A stretch of DNA of 62,617 bases, filler included, from Reclinomonas americana ATCC 50394 (Eukaryota), in NCBI GenBank assembly GCA_048213135.1. It is 5 parts of 2 records of this genome, joined end to end, with 100 filler letters (N's around TTAATTAATTAA, not from the genome) between each part and the next. Parts side by side here need not be neighbours in the genome. Positions count along the whole stretch, not along the records: positions 1 to 10,629 come from PS015083.1; positions 10,730 to 12,531 come from PS015083.1; positions 12,632 to 43,915 come from PS015083.1; 2 more parts are not named here. One strand, 5' to 3'. How positions within the stretch are numbered: the stretch's first letter is position 1; each line of letters starts with the position of its first letter. Below the pieces are notes generated by a model. The model was not told where the DNA came from. It worked only from the letters and a program-made list of their open reading frames with translations, and did no database searches. The translations under genes were made by a program, and so were the position numbers. This document shows, one piece after another, positions 1 to 15,000 of the stretch.

Positions 1-3000
1 ACCACCAATCTCGTGATTGGTACTCTGTCGACTACCGATGCCAACTCTGGCCAGTCGTTCACGTACACGATTGTGGGTGGTGCCGATGCGGCGCTGTTCA
101 ACATCTCTGGTGCACAATTGCGCATCACGACAGCGGGACAGAATGGAACTGGCTTGGTGGTGATTGTGCGGTCGACAGACAACGGCAGTGGATCGCTGTT
201 CTTCGACAAGACGTTTACGATCAACGAGGGTCCGTGTTCCTACTTGGCAAAGTCTTCATTCCTCAACTGTTTCTCACTTTGTTGCCTCTTCTCGCTGTCC
301 AGTGAATGTCGCACCAACGGACATTGCTCTGTCGGCGACGACGTACACGCCGCCGACCACCACTAATCTTGTGATCGGCAATCTGTCCACGACGGATGCG
401 AACTCGGCGCAGTCGTTCACATACACGATTGTTGGCGGAGCGAATGCGGCCATGTTCAACATCTCTGGCGCGCAGCTGCGGTTCACCTCAGCCGGGCAGT
501 CAGGCAGTGGATTGGTGGTGATTGTGCGATCGACGGACAACGGCAGTGGATCGCTGTTCTTCGACAAGACGTTTACGATCAACGAGGGTCTGTGTCCCTA
601 CTTGGCAACGTCTCCATTCCTCAGCTGTTTCTCACTTCTTTGCCTTCTCCCATCGATCAGTGAATGTCGCACCAACGGACATTGCACTGTCAGCGACGAC
701 GTACACGCCGCCAACTACTGCCAATCTCGTGATTGGCAGTCTGACGACAACCGATGCCAACTCGGCTCAGACGTTCACGTACACGATTGTTGGTGGAGCG
801 AACGCGGCTTTGTTCAACATCTCTGGTGCACAATTGCGCATCACGACAGCCGGGCAGAATGGATCTGGCTTGGTGGTGATTGTGCGATCGACGGATAGCG
901 GTGCATCACCTCTGTTCTTCGACAAGACATTTACGATCAACGAAGGTCTGCTCTCTAGTTTGTTGCCTCTTGCTGACTGCTTCTAACTTCCCTTCTTCTT
1001 TTTCTGTTCAGCGAATGTTGCACCGACGGACATTGCGCTGTCGGCGACCACATTCACACCACCGACCACCGCCAACGTCGTCGTGGGCACTTTGTCCACC
1101 ACAGATGCCAACTCGGCTCAGATATTCACGTACACAATTGTGGGTGGAGCGAATGCGGCCATGTTCAACATCTCTGGCTCGCAACTGCGCATCACGACAG
1201 CTGGTATCAGCGGTAGTGGGTATCAAGTGACTGTGCGATCGACGGACAATGGTGCGTCCCCGTTGTTCTTCGACAAGACGTTCACCATCGACGAAGGTAT
1301 AAGAGCAGTTCTGCGATCGCATTGATTGCAATAATTGACTCAATGAGTGCTTCATCGCCCGCAGTCAATGTTGCACCGACGGACATCGCTCTGTCGGCAA
1401 CGACGTACACGCCGCCAACCACTGCAAACCTCGTGGTGGGCACACTGTCCACAACAGATGCCAACTCGGGCCAGTCATTTACGTACACGGTTGTGGGTGG
1501 AGCCGATGCGGCTATGTTCAACATCTCTGGCGCGCAGCTGCGCATCACAGCCGCCGGACAGAATGGAACTGGCTTGGTGGTGATTGTGCGGTCGACTGAC
1601 AACGGTGCATCGCCGCTATTCTTCGACAAGACATTCACAGTCAGCGAAGGTATTGTTATGTTGTCAAGTCTACAACTACTTCAGTAGTGCTGAGTTCTGT
1701 GGGCAGTGAATGTCGCCCCCACCGGCATCACGCTGTCGATGCCTGCATACACGCCACCGTCCACAGCCAATGTGGTTGTTGGTTCGCTGTCAACGACGGA
1801 CGCGAATTCGTGCCAGACGTACACATACACGATTGTGGGCGGAGCCAATGCGGCCTTGTTCAACATCTCTGGTGACCAGCTGCGCATCACTGCTGCCGGA
1901 CAGACGGGCAGCGGACTGGTGGTTATTGTGCGCACCGCCGACAGTGGCAGTGGGTCGCTGTTCTTTGACAAGACATTCACGATCGATGAAGGTACGGCAA
2001 TTGTTGTCACGCATTGCTGTTTTTCTGTTGTGTCAACAAAGCTGCAATTATGTCTTTGCTGCGCAGTCAATGCTCCACCGACCGACATTGCACTGTCGGC
2101 GACGACGTACACGCCGCCAACCACTGCCAACCTCGTGATTGGCAGTCTGACGACAACCGATGCCAACTCGGGCCAATCGTTCACGTACACAATCGTGGGC
2201 GGAGCGAATGCGGCCATGTTTAACATCTCTGGTGCACAATTGCGCATCACGACGGCCGGTCAGAATGGAACTGGCTTGGTGGTGATTGTGCGATCGACTG
2301 ACAACGGCAGTGGATCGCTGTTCTTTGATAAGACATTCACAATCAACGAAGGTCTGCTCTCTAGTTTGTTGCCTCTTGCTGACTGCTTCTAACTTCCCTT
2401 CTTCTTTTTTTGTTCAGCGAATGTTACACCGACTGACATTGCGCTGTCGGCGACGACGTATACGCCGCCGACCACTGCCAACCTTGTTGTCGGCACTCTG
2501 TCGACCACCGATGCCAACTCGGCTCAGACGTACACGTACACTGTTATTGGCGGAGCCGACGCGGCCATGTTCAACGTCTCTGGCGCGCAGCTGCGCATCA
2601 CGACAGCGGGGCAGAATGGAACTGGCTTGGTTGTGATTGTGCGGACGACTGACAGTGGCAGTGGATCGCTATTCTTCGACAAAACATTCACAATCAACGA
2701 AGGTACGTGCTTGGACGTTTTGTCGTGTATCTGCTTGGGCACTCATTGGTTTGCAATTGCAGCCAATATCGCGCCCACGGACATCATGCTGTCGATGCTG
2801 GCATACACGCCGCCATCCACAGCCAACATGGTTGTTGGCTCGCTTTCGACCACCGATGCCAACTCGTGCCAGACGTACACGTACTCAATTGTGGGTGGAG
2901 CGAATGCGGCCGTGTTCAACGTCTCTGGCAACCAGCTGCGCATCACTGCGGCAGGGCAGACGGGCAGTGGACTGGTGGTTATCGTTCGCACCACCGACAG

Positions 3001-6000
3001 TGGCAGCGGGTCGCTGTTTTTTGACAAGACGTTCACGATCGATGAAGGTACGGCAACAAAATTTCATTGGGTTGTTGCGTTCGGCGACTTATGAAGCGTT
3101 GCGAATGACCCACAGCCAACGTCCCTCCATCTGATATTGCACTGTCGGCGACGACGTACACGCCGCCGACTATCGCCAACCTCGTGGTCGGCACACTGTC
3201 CACCACAGACGGCAACTCGGCGCAGACATTTACATACTCGGTTGTGGGCGGAGCGAATGCGGCCATGTTCAACATCTCTGGCGCGCAGCTGCGCATCACG
3301 ACGGCCGGGCAGAATGGAACGGGCTTGGTGGTGATTGTGCGATCGACTGACAGCGGCAGTGGATCGCTGTTCTTCGACAAGTCATTCACGATCAATGAGG
3401 GTCTGTCTGTTTTCTTTTCTCATGCTGGTTGATGTTCTCACTTTCTTGCCTATTTTATCGTTCAGTGAATGCTGCTCCCACGGACATTGCTCTGTCGGCG
3501 ACGACATACACACCACCGACCACCGCCAACCTTGTTGTTGGCAGTCTGTCGACAACAGACGCCAACTCGGCTCAGACGTTCACGTACACGATTGTTGGTG
3601 GAGCGAATGCGGCCATGTTCAACATCTCTGGCGCGCAACTGCGCATCACAACTGCTGGTCAGAATGGAACAGGGCTGGTGGTGATAGTGCGGTCGACGGA
3701 CAGTGGCAGTGGATCACTGTTCTTCGACAAGACGTTTACGATCAACGAGGGTCTGTGTCCCTACTTGGCAGCGTCTCCATTCCTCAGCTGTTTCTAACTT
3801 TGCCTTCTTCCATCGATCAGTGAATGTTGCACCGACCGACATTGCACTCTCGGCGACGACGTACACGCCGCCAACCACTGCCAATCTCGTGGTAGGCAAT
3901 CTGTCGACAACAGACGCCAACTCGGCTCAGACGTTCACGTACACGATTGTGGGTGGAGCGAATGCGGCAATGTTCAACATCTCGGGCGCGCAGCTACGCA
4001 TCACGACAGCGGGACAGAATGGAACTGGCTTGGTGGTGATTGTGCGATCGACTGACAGTGGCAGTGGATCGCTGTTCTTCGACAAGACATTCACGATCAA
4101 CGAAGGTTTGTCTGTGCTCCTATATGGCAAGTTCTCCATTTCTCAGCTGTTTCTCACTTCCTTGCCTCTTCCCGCTGTCCAGTTAATGTCGCACCGACCG
4201 ACATTGCGCTGTCGTCGACGACGTACACGCCACCGACCACCGCCAATCTCGTGATTGGCAATCTGTCGACAACAGACGCCAACTCGGTGCAGTCGTTCAC
4301 ATACACGATTGTTGGCGGAGCGAATGCGGCCATGTTCAACATCTCTGGCGCGCAGCTGCGGTTCACCTCAGCCGGGCAGTCAGGCAGTGGATTGGTGGTG
4401 ATTGTGCGATCGACGGACAACGGCGTCGGATCTTTGTTCTTCGACAAAACATTTACGGTCGACGAAGGTCTTTTGAATGACGTTGCACATGCTTGTTCGT
4501 GCTTGTTGGTCTCATGCGTTGTTTGGCAGTGAATGTGGCGCCGACGGACATTGCGCTGTCGGCGACGACGTACACACCGCCAACCACTGCCAATGTCGTT
4601 GTCGGTAGTCTGTCCACGACAGACGCCAACCCGGGCCAGTCGTTCACGTACACGATTGTTGGTGGAGCGAATGCTTCCATGTTCAACATCTCGGGTGCCC
4701 AGCTGCGCATCACGACAGCCGGTCAGAATGGAACTGGCTTGGTGGTGATTGTGCGATCGACAGATAATGGTGCATCACCTCTGTTCTTCGACAAGACATT
4801 TACGATCAACGAAGGTTCGTATTATCTTGAAGCAGCGTGTTCTCAGATGCGGTTTCTCATTCGCCCGGTTTCTTTTGTTCAGTGAATGTCGCACCGACGG
4901 ACATTGCACTGTCGGCGACGACGTACACACCACCAACCACTGCCAACCTCGTGATTGGTAGCCTGTCAACGACCGATGCCAACACGGCGCAGACATTCAC
5001 GTACTCGATTGTGGGCGGAGCGAATGCGGCCATGTTCAACATCTCTGGCGCGCAACTGCGCATCGCAACAGCGGGTGTCATCGGTGATGGGTATCAAGTG
5101 ACCGTGCGATCGACTGACAGCGGCAGTGGATCGCTGTTCTTCGACAAGACATTCACAGTCAACGAAGGTGTGTTGCCACAAGCAATCTGCAAGTGACTTT
5201 ACTCATCATATGTCTCACGTACGTGTCGTGTGCAGTGAACCTTGCGCCGACGGACGTTGTGCTTTCGTCGGTGACGTATGCGCCGCCGACCACTGCCAAT
5301 GTCGTGGTGGGCACTCTGTCAACCACGGATGGCAATTCGTGTCAGACTTACACGTACACGATTGTGGGTGGAGCGAATGCGGCCATGTTCAACATATCTG
5401 GCGCGCAGCTGCGCATCACAGCAGCCGGTCAGAATGGAACTGGCTTGGTGGTGATTGTGCGATCAACCGACAGCGGCAGTGGATCGCTGTTCTTCGACAA
5501 GACGTTCACAGTCTACGAAGGTGCGTACTTGTAGACCATGGTTGTGTTCTTACGCTTGTCCGCTCATCGACACACGATTGCAGCCAATGTCACGCCCACG
5601 GACATCGCGATATCGATTGCGGCGTACACGTTGCCGACGACTGCCAACATGGTTGTGGGAAACCTGTCGACGACTGATGCCAATTCATGTCAGACGTACA
5701 CGTACACGATTGTGGGCGGAGCCAATGCGGCCTTGTTCAATATCTCTGGCGACCAGCTGCGCATCACTGCGGCCGGACAGACGGGCAGCGGACTGGTGGT
5801 TATTGTGCGCACCACCGACAGTGGCAGTGGGTCGTTGTTCTTTGACAAGACCCTTGTCATTGACGAAGGTACGGCAATTGGTGTCACGCTTTGTTGTTTC
5901 TGTTGCGTCAGCAAAGCTTACACCGCTCTTGACGATGAGTAGTCAATCTTCCTCCGACGGACATCGCACTGTCAGCGACGACGTATGCGCCACCGACCAT

Positions 6001-9000
6001 TGCCAATGTCGTGGTGGGCACTCTGTCGACGACTGATGCCAATTCGGCGCAGACATTCACGTACACGATTGTGGGTGGAGCCAATGCGGCCATGTTCAAC
6101 ATCTCTGGCGCTCAGCTGCGCATCACGACAGCCGGGCAGAACGGAACGGGGCTGGTGGTAATTGTGCGAGCGACAGACAATGGCGCATCACCTCTGTTCT
6201 TCGACAAGACATTTACGATCAACGAAGGTTCGTATTATCTTGAAGCAGCGTGTTCTCACATGTGGTTTCTCTATTCACTCGTTTTCCTTTGTTCAGTCAA
6301 TGTTGCGCCGACGGACATCGCACTGTCGGCGACGACGTACACACCGCCGACCACCGCCAACCTCGTGATTGGTAACCTGTCTACAACCGATGCCAACACG
6401 GCTCAGACGTTCACGTACACGATTGTGGGTGGAGCGAATGCGGCCATGTTCAACGTCTCGGGTGCCCAGCTGCGCATCACGATAGCTGGGCAGAATGGAA
6501 CCGGCCTGGTTGTGATTGTGCGATCGACAGACAACGGTGCATCGCCATTGTTCTTCGACAAGACATTCACGATCAACGAAGGTCAGTCGCCGTTTGCTTC
6601 ACACATTACCTGCCGTTCTTACCCAGTCACCTTCTTCTATCGTGCAGTGAATGTGGCGCCGACGGACATTGCGCTGACATCGATGACGTATGCACCACCG
6701 TCAACAGCCAGCGTTGTCGTCGGATCGCTCTCGACAACCGATGCCAACTCGTGTCAGACGTACACGTACACGATTGTGGGCGGGGCGAATGCTGCTTTGT
6801 TCAACGTCTCTGGCGACCAGCTGCGCATTACTGCAGCCGGACAGACAGGCAATGGGCTTGTGGTTATTGTGCGCACCACCGACAGTGGCAGCGGGTCGCT
6901 GTTCTTTGATAAGACGCTTGTTATTGATGAAGGTACGGCCAGGGTAGTCTCACGAGTTGTCACACCGTTCGAAGAGGCCTCATCGTTTGTCGTACATTTG
7001 TAGCCAACGTTCCCCCAACGGACATTGCGCTGTCGTCGACGACATACACGCCACCGACCACTGCCAATGTCGTGGTCGGCGCTCTGTCGACAACCGATGC
7101 CAACTCGGCTCAGACGTACACGTACACGATTGTGGGCGGCGCGAACGCGGCCATGTTCAACATCTCGGGTGCCCAGCTGCGCATCACAACAGCTGGGCAG
7201 AATGGAACTGGCTTGGTGGTGATCGTGCGATCGAGTGACAGTGGCAGTGGATCACTGTACTTCGACAAGACATTCACAATCAACGAGGGTCTGTCTGTGC
7301 TCCCAGATGGCGAGTTCTTCATTCCACCTGATGTTCTCACTCTTTTGCCTTCTTCCATCGATCAGTGAATGTTGCACCGACGGACATTGCTCTGTCGGCG
7401 ACGACGTACACACCGCCTACCACCGCCAATCTCGTGATTGGCAATCTGTCGACAACCGATGCCAACTCAGCACAGACATTCACATACACGATTGTGGGCG
7501 GCGCGAACGCGGCCATGTTCAACATCTCGGGCGCGCAGCTGCGCATTACGACAGGCGGTCAGAATGGAACCGGCTTGGTGGTGATTGTGCGATCGACAGA
7601 CAACGGCAGTGGATCGCTGTTCTTCGACAAGACATTCACGATCAGCGAAGGTTTGTCTGTGCTCCTATATGGCAAGTTCTCCATACCACCTGATGTTCTC
7701 ACTCCCTTTCCTTCTTACATCGATCAGTGAATGTTGCACCGACGGATATTGCGCTGTCATCGACGACGTACACGCCACCAACCACTGCCAATCTCGTGGT
7801 AGGCAATCTCTCCACGACGGACGCCAATTCGGCGCAGACATTCACATACACTATCGTTGGTGGGGCGAATGCGGCAATGTTCAACATCTTGGGCGCCCAG
7901 CTGCGCATCACGACAGCCGGTCAGAATGGAACTGGCTTGGTGGTGATTGTGCGATCGACAGATAATGGCGCATCACCTCTGTTCTTCGACAAGACATTCA
8001 CGATTAACGAAGGTTCGTACTGTCTTGGAGCTGCGCATTCTCAGATGTGCTTTCTCATTCGCCCGTTTTCATGTGTTCAGTGAATGTCGCACCGACTGAC
8101 ATTGCACTGTCGGCGACGACGTACACGCCGCCAACCACTGCCAATCTCGTGATTGGCAGTCTGACGACAACCGATGCCAACTCGGCTCAGACGTACACGT
8201 ACACGATTGTGGGTGGTGCCGATGCGGCGCTGTTCAACATCTCTGGCACACAGCTGCGCATCACAACAGCCGGCCAGAATGGAACTGGGTTGGTGGTGAT
8301 TGTGCGGACGACTGACAGTGGCAGTGGATCACTGTTCTTCGAGAAGACATTCACAATCAACGAAGGTCTGCGGCGTCATGGATCTCGTTGTTCTCGCTTT
8401 CTTCACTCACTGTTTCGTTCTTCCTTGTTGACCAGTCAACGTTGCACCAACTGATGTTGTGCTCTCGGCTGTGACGTACTTGCCGCCGACGACTGCCAAC
8501 CTTGTTGTGGGAGATCTATCAACGGCGGATGCCAACTCGTGTCAAGCATTCACATACACGATTGTGGGCGGAGCGAATGCGGCCATGTTCAACATCTCTG
8601 GCACGCAGCTGCGCATCACGACAGCCGGTCAGAATGGAACTGGCTTGGTGGTGATTGTGCGATCAACCGACAACGGCAGTGGATCGCTGTTCTTCGAGAA
8701 GACATTCACGATCAACGAAGGTGTGTGCTGCTGTAGATCTGTGTTGTGCATGTGTCTGGTCACTCATCGACTACCATTACAGCCAATGTCATGCCCACGG
8801 ATATCACGTTGTCGGCAACACAGTACGCGTTGCCGGCCACCGCAAATATGGTTGTTGGTGTGCTATCGACAACGGACGCGAACTCGTGTCAGACGTACAC
8901 GTACTCGATTGTGGGCGGGGCGAATGCTGCCTTGTTCAACATCTCTGGCGACCAGCTGCGCATCACTGCGGCTGGGCAGACGGGCAGCGGACTGGTGGTT

Positions 9001-12000
9001 ATTGTGCGCACCACCGACAGTGGCAGTGGGTCGCTGTTCTTTGACAAGACGCTTATCATTGACGAAGGTACGACCAAGATAGTTTTGATTGAGTTGTTGT
9101 TGCGTTTGGCGACTTATGAAGCGTTGCGAATGACGCATAGCCAACGTCCCTCCGTCGGATATTGCACTGTCGTCGACGACGTACACGCCGCCGACCACTG
9201 CCAATGTCGTGGTGGGCACTCTGTCCACAACAGACGGCAACTCGGCGCAGACATTCACATACTCGGTTGTGGGCGGAGCGAATGCGGCGATGTTCAACAT
9301 CTCTGGCGCGCAGCTTCGCATCACAACTGCTGGGCAGAATGGAACCGGCTTGGCGGTGATTGTGCGATCGACGGACAGCGGTGCATCACCTCTGTTCTTC
9401 GACAAGACATTCACGATCAACGAAGGTATGTTTTTGTGTTCTCTTTTTTCCTGCTGACACGGTTCTTATGCGGCGCATTGTAGTGAATGTTGCACCGACG
9501 GACATTGCACTGTCGGCGACGACATATACACCACCGACCACCGCCAATCTTGTGATTGGTAGCCTGTCAACGACGGATGCCAACTCGGCGCAGACGTTCA
9601 CGTACACGATTGTGGGCGGAGCGAATGCGGCCACGTTCAACATCTCTGGTGCCCAGCTGCGCATCACAACTGCTGGGCAGAATGGAACTGGTTTGGTGGT
9701 GATTGTGCGGACGACAGACAGCGGCAGTGGATCGCTGTTCTTTGACAAGACATTCACGATCAACGAAGGTCAGTTGCTTGTTTTTGTTATTCGCGTGTAT
9801 GCTTCTCTAATGATAACACATCTCCTGTAGTGAATGTTGCGCCGACGGACATTGCGATTTCGTCTGTGACGTACTTGCCGCCGACCACGGCCAATGTGGC
9901 CGTCGGTTCGCTTTCCACCGTGGACGCGAATTCGTGTCAGACGTACACGTACACGATTGTGGGCGGAGCGAATGCAGCCATGTTCAACATCTCTGGCGCC
10001 CAGCTGCGCATCACAACAGCCGGACAGAATGGAACTGGCTTGGCGGTGATTGTGCGATCGACGGACAGCGGCAGTGGATCACTGTTCTTTGACAAGACCT
10101 TCACGATCAACGAAGGTGTGTTTGATTACTCTTTTTAGTGTTTTGTATGATTACGCCGTAATCCCCGTTTCGATGTTTCTGCATTGTAGGAAATGTTTCG
10201 CCGTCGGATATTGCTCTGTCGGCGACGGCGTACACGCCTCCGACCACGGCCAATGTCGTGGTGGGCACTCTGTCAACGACCGATGCCAATTCGGCTCAGA
10301 CGTTCACGTACACGATTGTGGGTGGAGCAAATGCGGCCATGTTCAACATCTCTGGCGCTCAGCTGCGCATCACGACGGCTGGACAAAATGGAACCGGTCT
10401 GCTTGTAATTGTGCGATCGACAGACAATGGTGCATCACCTCTGTTCTTCGACAAGACATTTACGATCAACGAGGGTTCGTATTATCTCGGAGCTGCGTGT
10501 TCTCATCTGTGATTTCTCATTCGCTCGTTTTTTCTCGTTCAGCGAATGTTGCTCCGACGGACATTGCACTGTCGGTGACGACATACACGCCGCCAACCAC
10601 TGCCAACCTCGTGATTGGTAACCTGTCGANNNNNNNNNNNNNNNNNNNNNNNNNNNNNNNNNNNNNNNNNNNNTTAATTAATTAANNNNNNNNNNNNNNN
10701 NNNNNNNNNNNNNNNNNNNNNNNNNNNNNCTTCCTACTTACCGATCTATGGTTCAGTGAATGTCGCGCCGACGAACGTTGCCTTGTCGGCCACGACATAT
10801 ACGCCACCGAGCAGCAGCAACATGGTCGTCGGCACACTTTCGACCACAGACGTGAACTCGAACGAGTCGTTTTCGTACACGATCGTTGGCGGTGTGAACG
10901 CAGGCATGTTCAATGTCGTGGCCAACCAGTTGCGCATCACATTGGGCGGACAGAATGGCACTGGCCTGGTGGTCATTGTGCGGTCATCCGATCATGGATC
11001 GTTGTTCTTCGACAAGACGTTTACCATCAACGAGGGTTTGTGTGTGCTTTCGTTTGCGTTGACAATTATTTATCTCTTTCGTGACCTCCGACAATTGTCG
11101 CTTCCCACCAGTCAATCTGGCGCCGGCAGATATCACATTGTCGAATAACATGTTTGCAACACCGTCGCTGGCGAATGTGGTTGTCGGCACACTTGGTGCT
11201 GTCGACGCCAACAGTGGGCAGGTGTTCACCTATACAGTTGTTGGTGGGACAGACGGCAATCTGTTCAACATTGCTGGCTCGCAACTCCGTGTGACGAATG
11301 CCGGAGTCAGCGGTAGCGCGCTGTCGGTAATCGTTCGGGCGACAGATAATGGCGCAGGGACGTTGACGCTGGACAAGACATTTTCGATCAACGATGGTTT
11401 GTGCGATTCTTGTTGCAGAAGCGCCGTGGTCACACGCTTACGCATGCATGTTCTGTTCACGCACTGAACAGCTGGCACGGCGGTGGACGTCACATTGTCC
11501 AGTGCAACTTACATGCCGCCGTCGACCGCCAATCTTGTGGTTGGCACACTGGCGGTCGTGGGTGGCGCGAATGGACGGACGTACACGTTCTCCGTTGTCG
11601 GCGGCATCAACAGCAACTTGTTCAACATTTCTGCAGCACAGCTGCGAATCAGCAGTGCCGGCATCAATGGAACCGGCCTGCAGGTGGTGGTTCGTGCGGC
11701 CGTCAACGGAATGGCATCGTTGTATTATGACAAGTCGTTTATTATCAACGAAGGTGTGTAGCATGTGTGTACTGCTTGCTTTCTTGTTTCTCATGTCCAT
11801 GCCAGCCAACGCGGTGCCGACGGACATTATGTTGTCGAGCGACACGTATGTTCCGCCGGCGGCGATGAATGCGGTGATCGGGACGCTGAGTATGGTGGAC
11901 GCCAACTGCTGTCAGACGCCAAACTTCAGCGTGGTTGGCGGAGCAGACTTTGACAAGTTTGGAATCGCGGACAATCTGCTGGTCGCTCGTGTGGCTGGCG

Positions 12001-15000
12001 GATTGAGGGGGTCGAATTTGGAGGTGACGGTGCAAGTGAATGACGGCTACAGCGTGTTCCAGAAGACGTTCTACATCAACGAAGGTTTGGTGACTGACAG
12101 AAAAACGAAACAAGTGAGCCCTCACCAATGTGCGCTCACCTTTATGCTGTAGATGCGATTCCCGCGTCGAGCATCGCGATATCTGCCAGCACATTCTCGC
12201 CTGGCGCCACTCTCAACAGTGTGGTGGCGACGCTGTCGCCAGTTGGTGTCAACTGCTGTCAGTCGTACACGTACTCGATTGTGGGTGGGCCTTCCGCCGG
12301 CAATTTCGTGGTCGTTGGCAACGAATTGCGATCGAATGTGGCGGCGCTGACGGGCGATAGCCAGACCGTGACGATTCGTATCGATGACGGTACAGGCAAT
12401 ACGTACGATCAGACGATTGTGCTGAACGAAGGTGCGTTGTAATGCGAGTGCATTTCTTTTGCACGGGTTGAATATGTGCTGATGTTGTGTGCTGTGTGTA
12501 CACAGCCAACACGCCGCCAACGGCCATTTCANNNNNNNNNNNNNNNNNNNNNNNNNNNNNNNNNNNNNNNNNNNNTTAATTAATTAANNNNNNNNNNNNN
12601 NNNNNNNNNNNNNNNNNNNNNNNNNNNNNNNGTAGTGCCGCAACCGCCGACGGACATTTCTCTGACGTCGCTCACGTATGTGCCGCCGACGGCTACGACG
12701 GATTCCGTCGTTGGCGTGTTGAGCGGGACGGATTCCAACCCAACCGATTCGCTGACATTCTCAATCGTGCCTGGTGGCAACGCGGCGCAATTCTCGATCG
12801 TGAATGGAAATCAGCTGGTGTTGCACGGTGCCAATCAAGCCGGCAACGCACTGTCTGTGACGGTGCGTGTGACGGACGGCAATGGCAACACATTTGACAA
12901 GACGTTTACGGTCAACGAGGGTGAGTTATGGGGATGTATGGGTGGATGTGTTGTTGTTGTGGAAGGATTGGCTGACGTGTATTTACTTTTGTCAGCGAAC
13001 GTGCCGCCGAGTAATGTCAGTTGCAGTGCCGCGACATTCACACCGCCTGTTGCTGCGGGTACTGCAATCTGCACGCTGTCGACAACAGATGCTAATTGCT
13101 GCCAGTCGTTTACGTACTCCATCACGGGTGGAAGCGACAGCTCCAAGTTTGCCATTGTTGGCAATCAGCTGGTGGCAAGCGCTGCCGTTGGTGGTGTGTC
13201 GGGCAACGGACTGCAGGTGACCGTCACTGCCAATGACGGGAATGGCGGGTCTGTATCGAAGACGCTTGCATTCAGCGAGAGTTGCGTCGCTGCACGCTGA
13301 CCGTTGTCGCTGCACGCTACTCGTGAACTCATAAGGTGCGGTTAACTTGAACACTAGGGAACGTGCCGCCGACGGACATCCAGTTGACAAGCGCGACGTA
13401 TACCTCGCCAACAACCGCTGCGAATACGGTGGTGGGCGCGCTGAGTGCGACTGACGCAAACTCGGGTGATTCTGTGACGTACTCGATTGTGCCGGACCCG
13501 AATTCGCCTGCAGTGTTTGGCATCGTGGGATCCCAGTTGGTGCTGCTTTCTGCCGGACAAGTGGGCTCGAATCTGAGTGTGACGGTCCGCGCAACGGACA
13601 GCAGCGGAGCCACACTCGATAAAACGTTCACTATCCACGACGGTGTGTGTGTGTGTGTGTGCATGTGTGCCTGTGGCGATGACAAAGAGAGTTCCTCATT
13701 CTGATTCCCTATGTGTTTTATTTCGCTCTCGCAGCTCCGTCAGCTCCAACAGACATTAGCCTGTCGAGCACAACGTACACAGTGCCGACGGTGTCCGCCA
13801 ACACTGTGGTGGGCGTGCTGACGACGGCAGACGTCAACACGCAAGAGACATTCACCTATGCGATTGTGGGTGGAGCCGATGCTGCGGCCTTTGATATTGT
13901 TGGCGGCAATCTTGTATTGCGGTCGGCAGGCGCGTCGGGCACTGGCTTGCAGGTCAACGTGCAAGTGACGGATTCGAATGGATTGCAGTACACCAAGAGC
14001 TTTGTGATCAACCAAGGTAAGCGTGAGGTCGGTGCCAGGACAGGGCGACGAGCCAACGCGTCCTCACTCCTGTGGCCCCATTGTGCGCAGCAAACTCACC
14101 TCCGACATGGATCAATCTGACGAGCACGAGTTACACGACACCGACTGCCTCACCAAATGTCGTGGTGGGGACATTGAGTGCTGTGGACGGTAATTGCTGC
14201 CAGACGTACACGTATACGATTACGGGAGGCGCACAGCAAGCGCTCTTCAACATTTCCGGGTCACAACTGCGGCTGAATGCAGCCGGCCAGACGGGAAACA
14301 ACCTCGAAGTTGAGGTGCAGGTGGACGACGGCAACGGAGGCACGTATCGGCAGACGTTCTTGCTCTCTGAAGGTGAGAGTATCCGTGCGCATGTTCACGA
14401 CAATGCGACAGCGTGTTGCCTTCATGCTCACACCGAGGTGTGCCGTCGTCTTGTGCACAGGCAACGGCAACGCGACCGATATTCTTCTGTCAAACATCCA
14501 ATACACGCCGCCGACGGCCACACCAGGTNNNNNNNNNNNNNNNNNNNNNNNNNNNNNNNNNNNNNNNNNNNNNNNNNNNNNNNNNNNNNNNNNNNNNNNN
14601 NNNNNNNNNNNNNNNNNNNNNNNNNNNNNNNNNNNNNNNNNNNNNNNNNNNNNNNNNNNNNNNNNNNNNNNNNNNNNNNNNNNNNNNNNNNNNNNNNNNN
14701 NNNNNNNNNNNNNNNNNNNNNNNNNNNNNNNNNNNNNNNNNNNNNNNNNNNNNNNNNNNNNNNNNNNNNNNNNNNNNNNNNNNNNNNNNNNNNNNNNNNN
14801 NNNNNNNNNNNNNNNNNNNNNNNNNNNNNNNNNNNNNNNNNNNNNNNNNNNNNNCCTTGCACGTACAGGGAATGTGGCGCCGACTGCCGTGAGCTTGTCG
14901 GCGTCCACGTACACTCCTCCGACTGGTGCAGCGCACGCCGTCATTGGCACTCTGTCAACCACAGATGCAAACACGGGCGACTCGTTCACGTACCAGATCG

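Noticed and set aside
10674-10685. TTAATTAATTAA palindrome flanked by Ns (also 12576-12587, 43960-43971, 52786-52797)
   Set aside because: Identical all-frame-stop spacer inside N-runs: an assembly linker, not biology. It also means these gap sizes are arbitrary.
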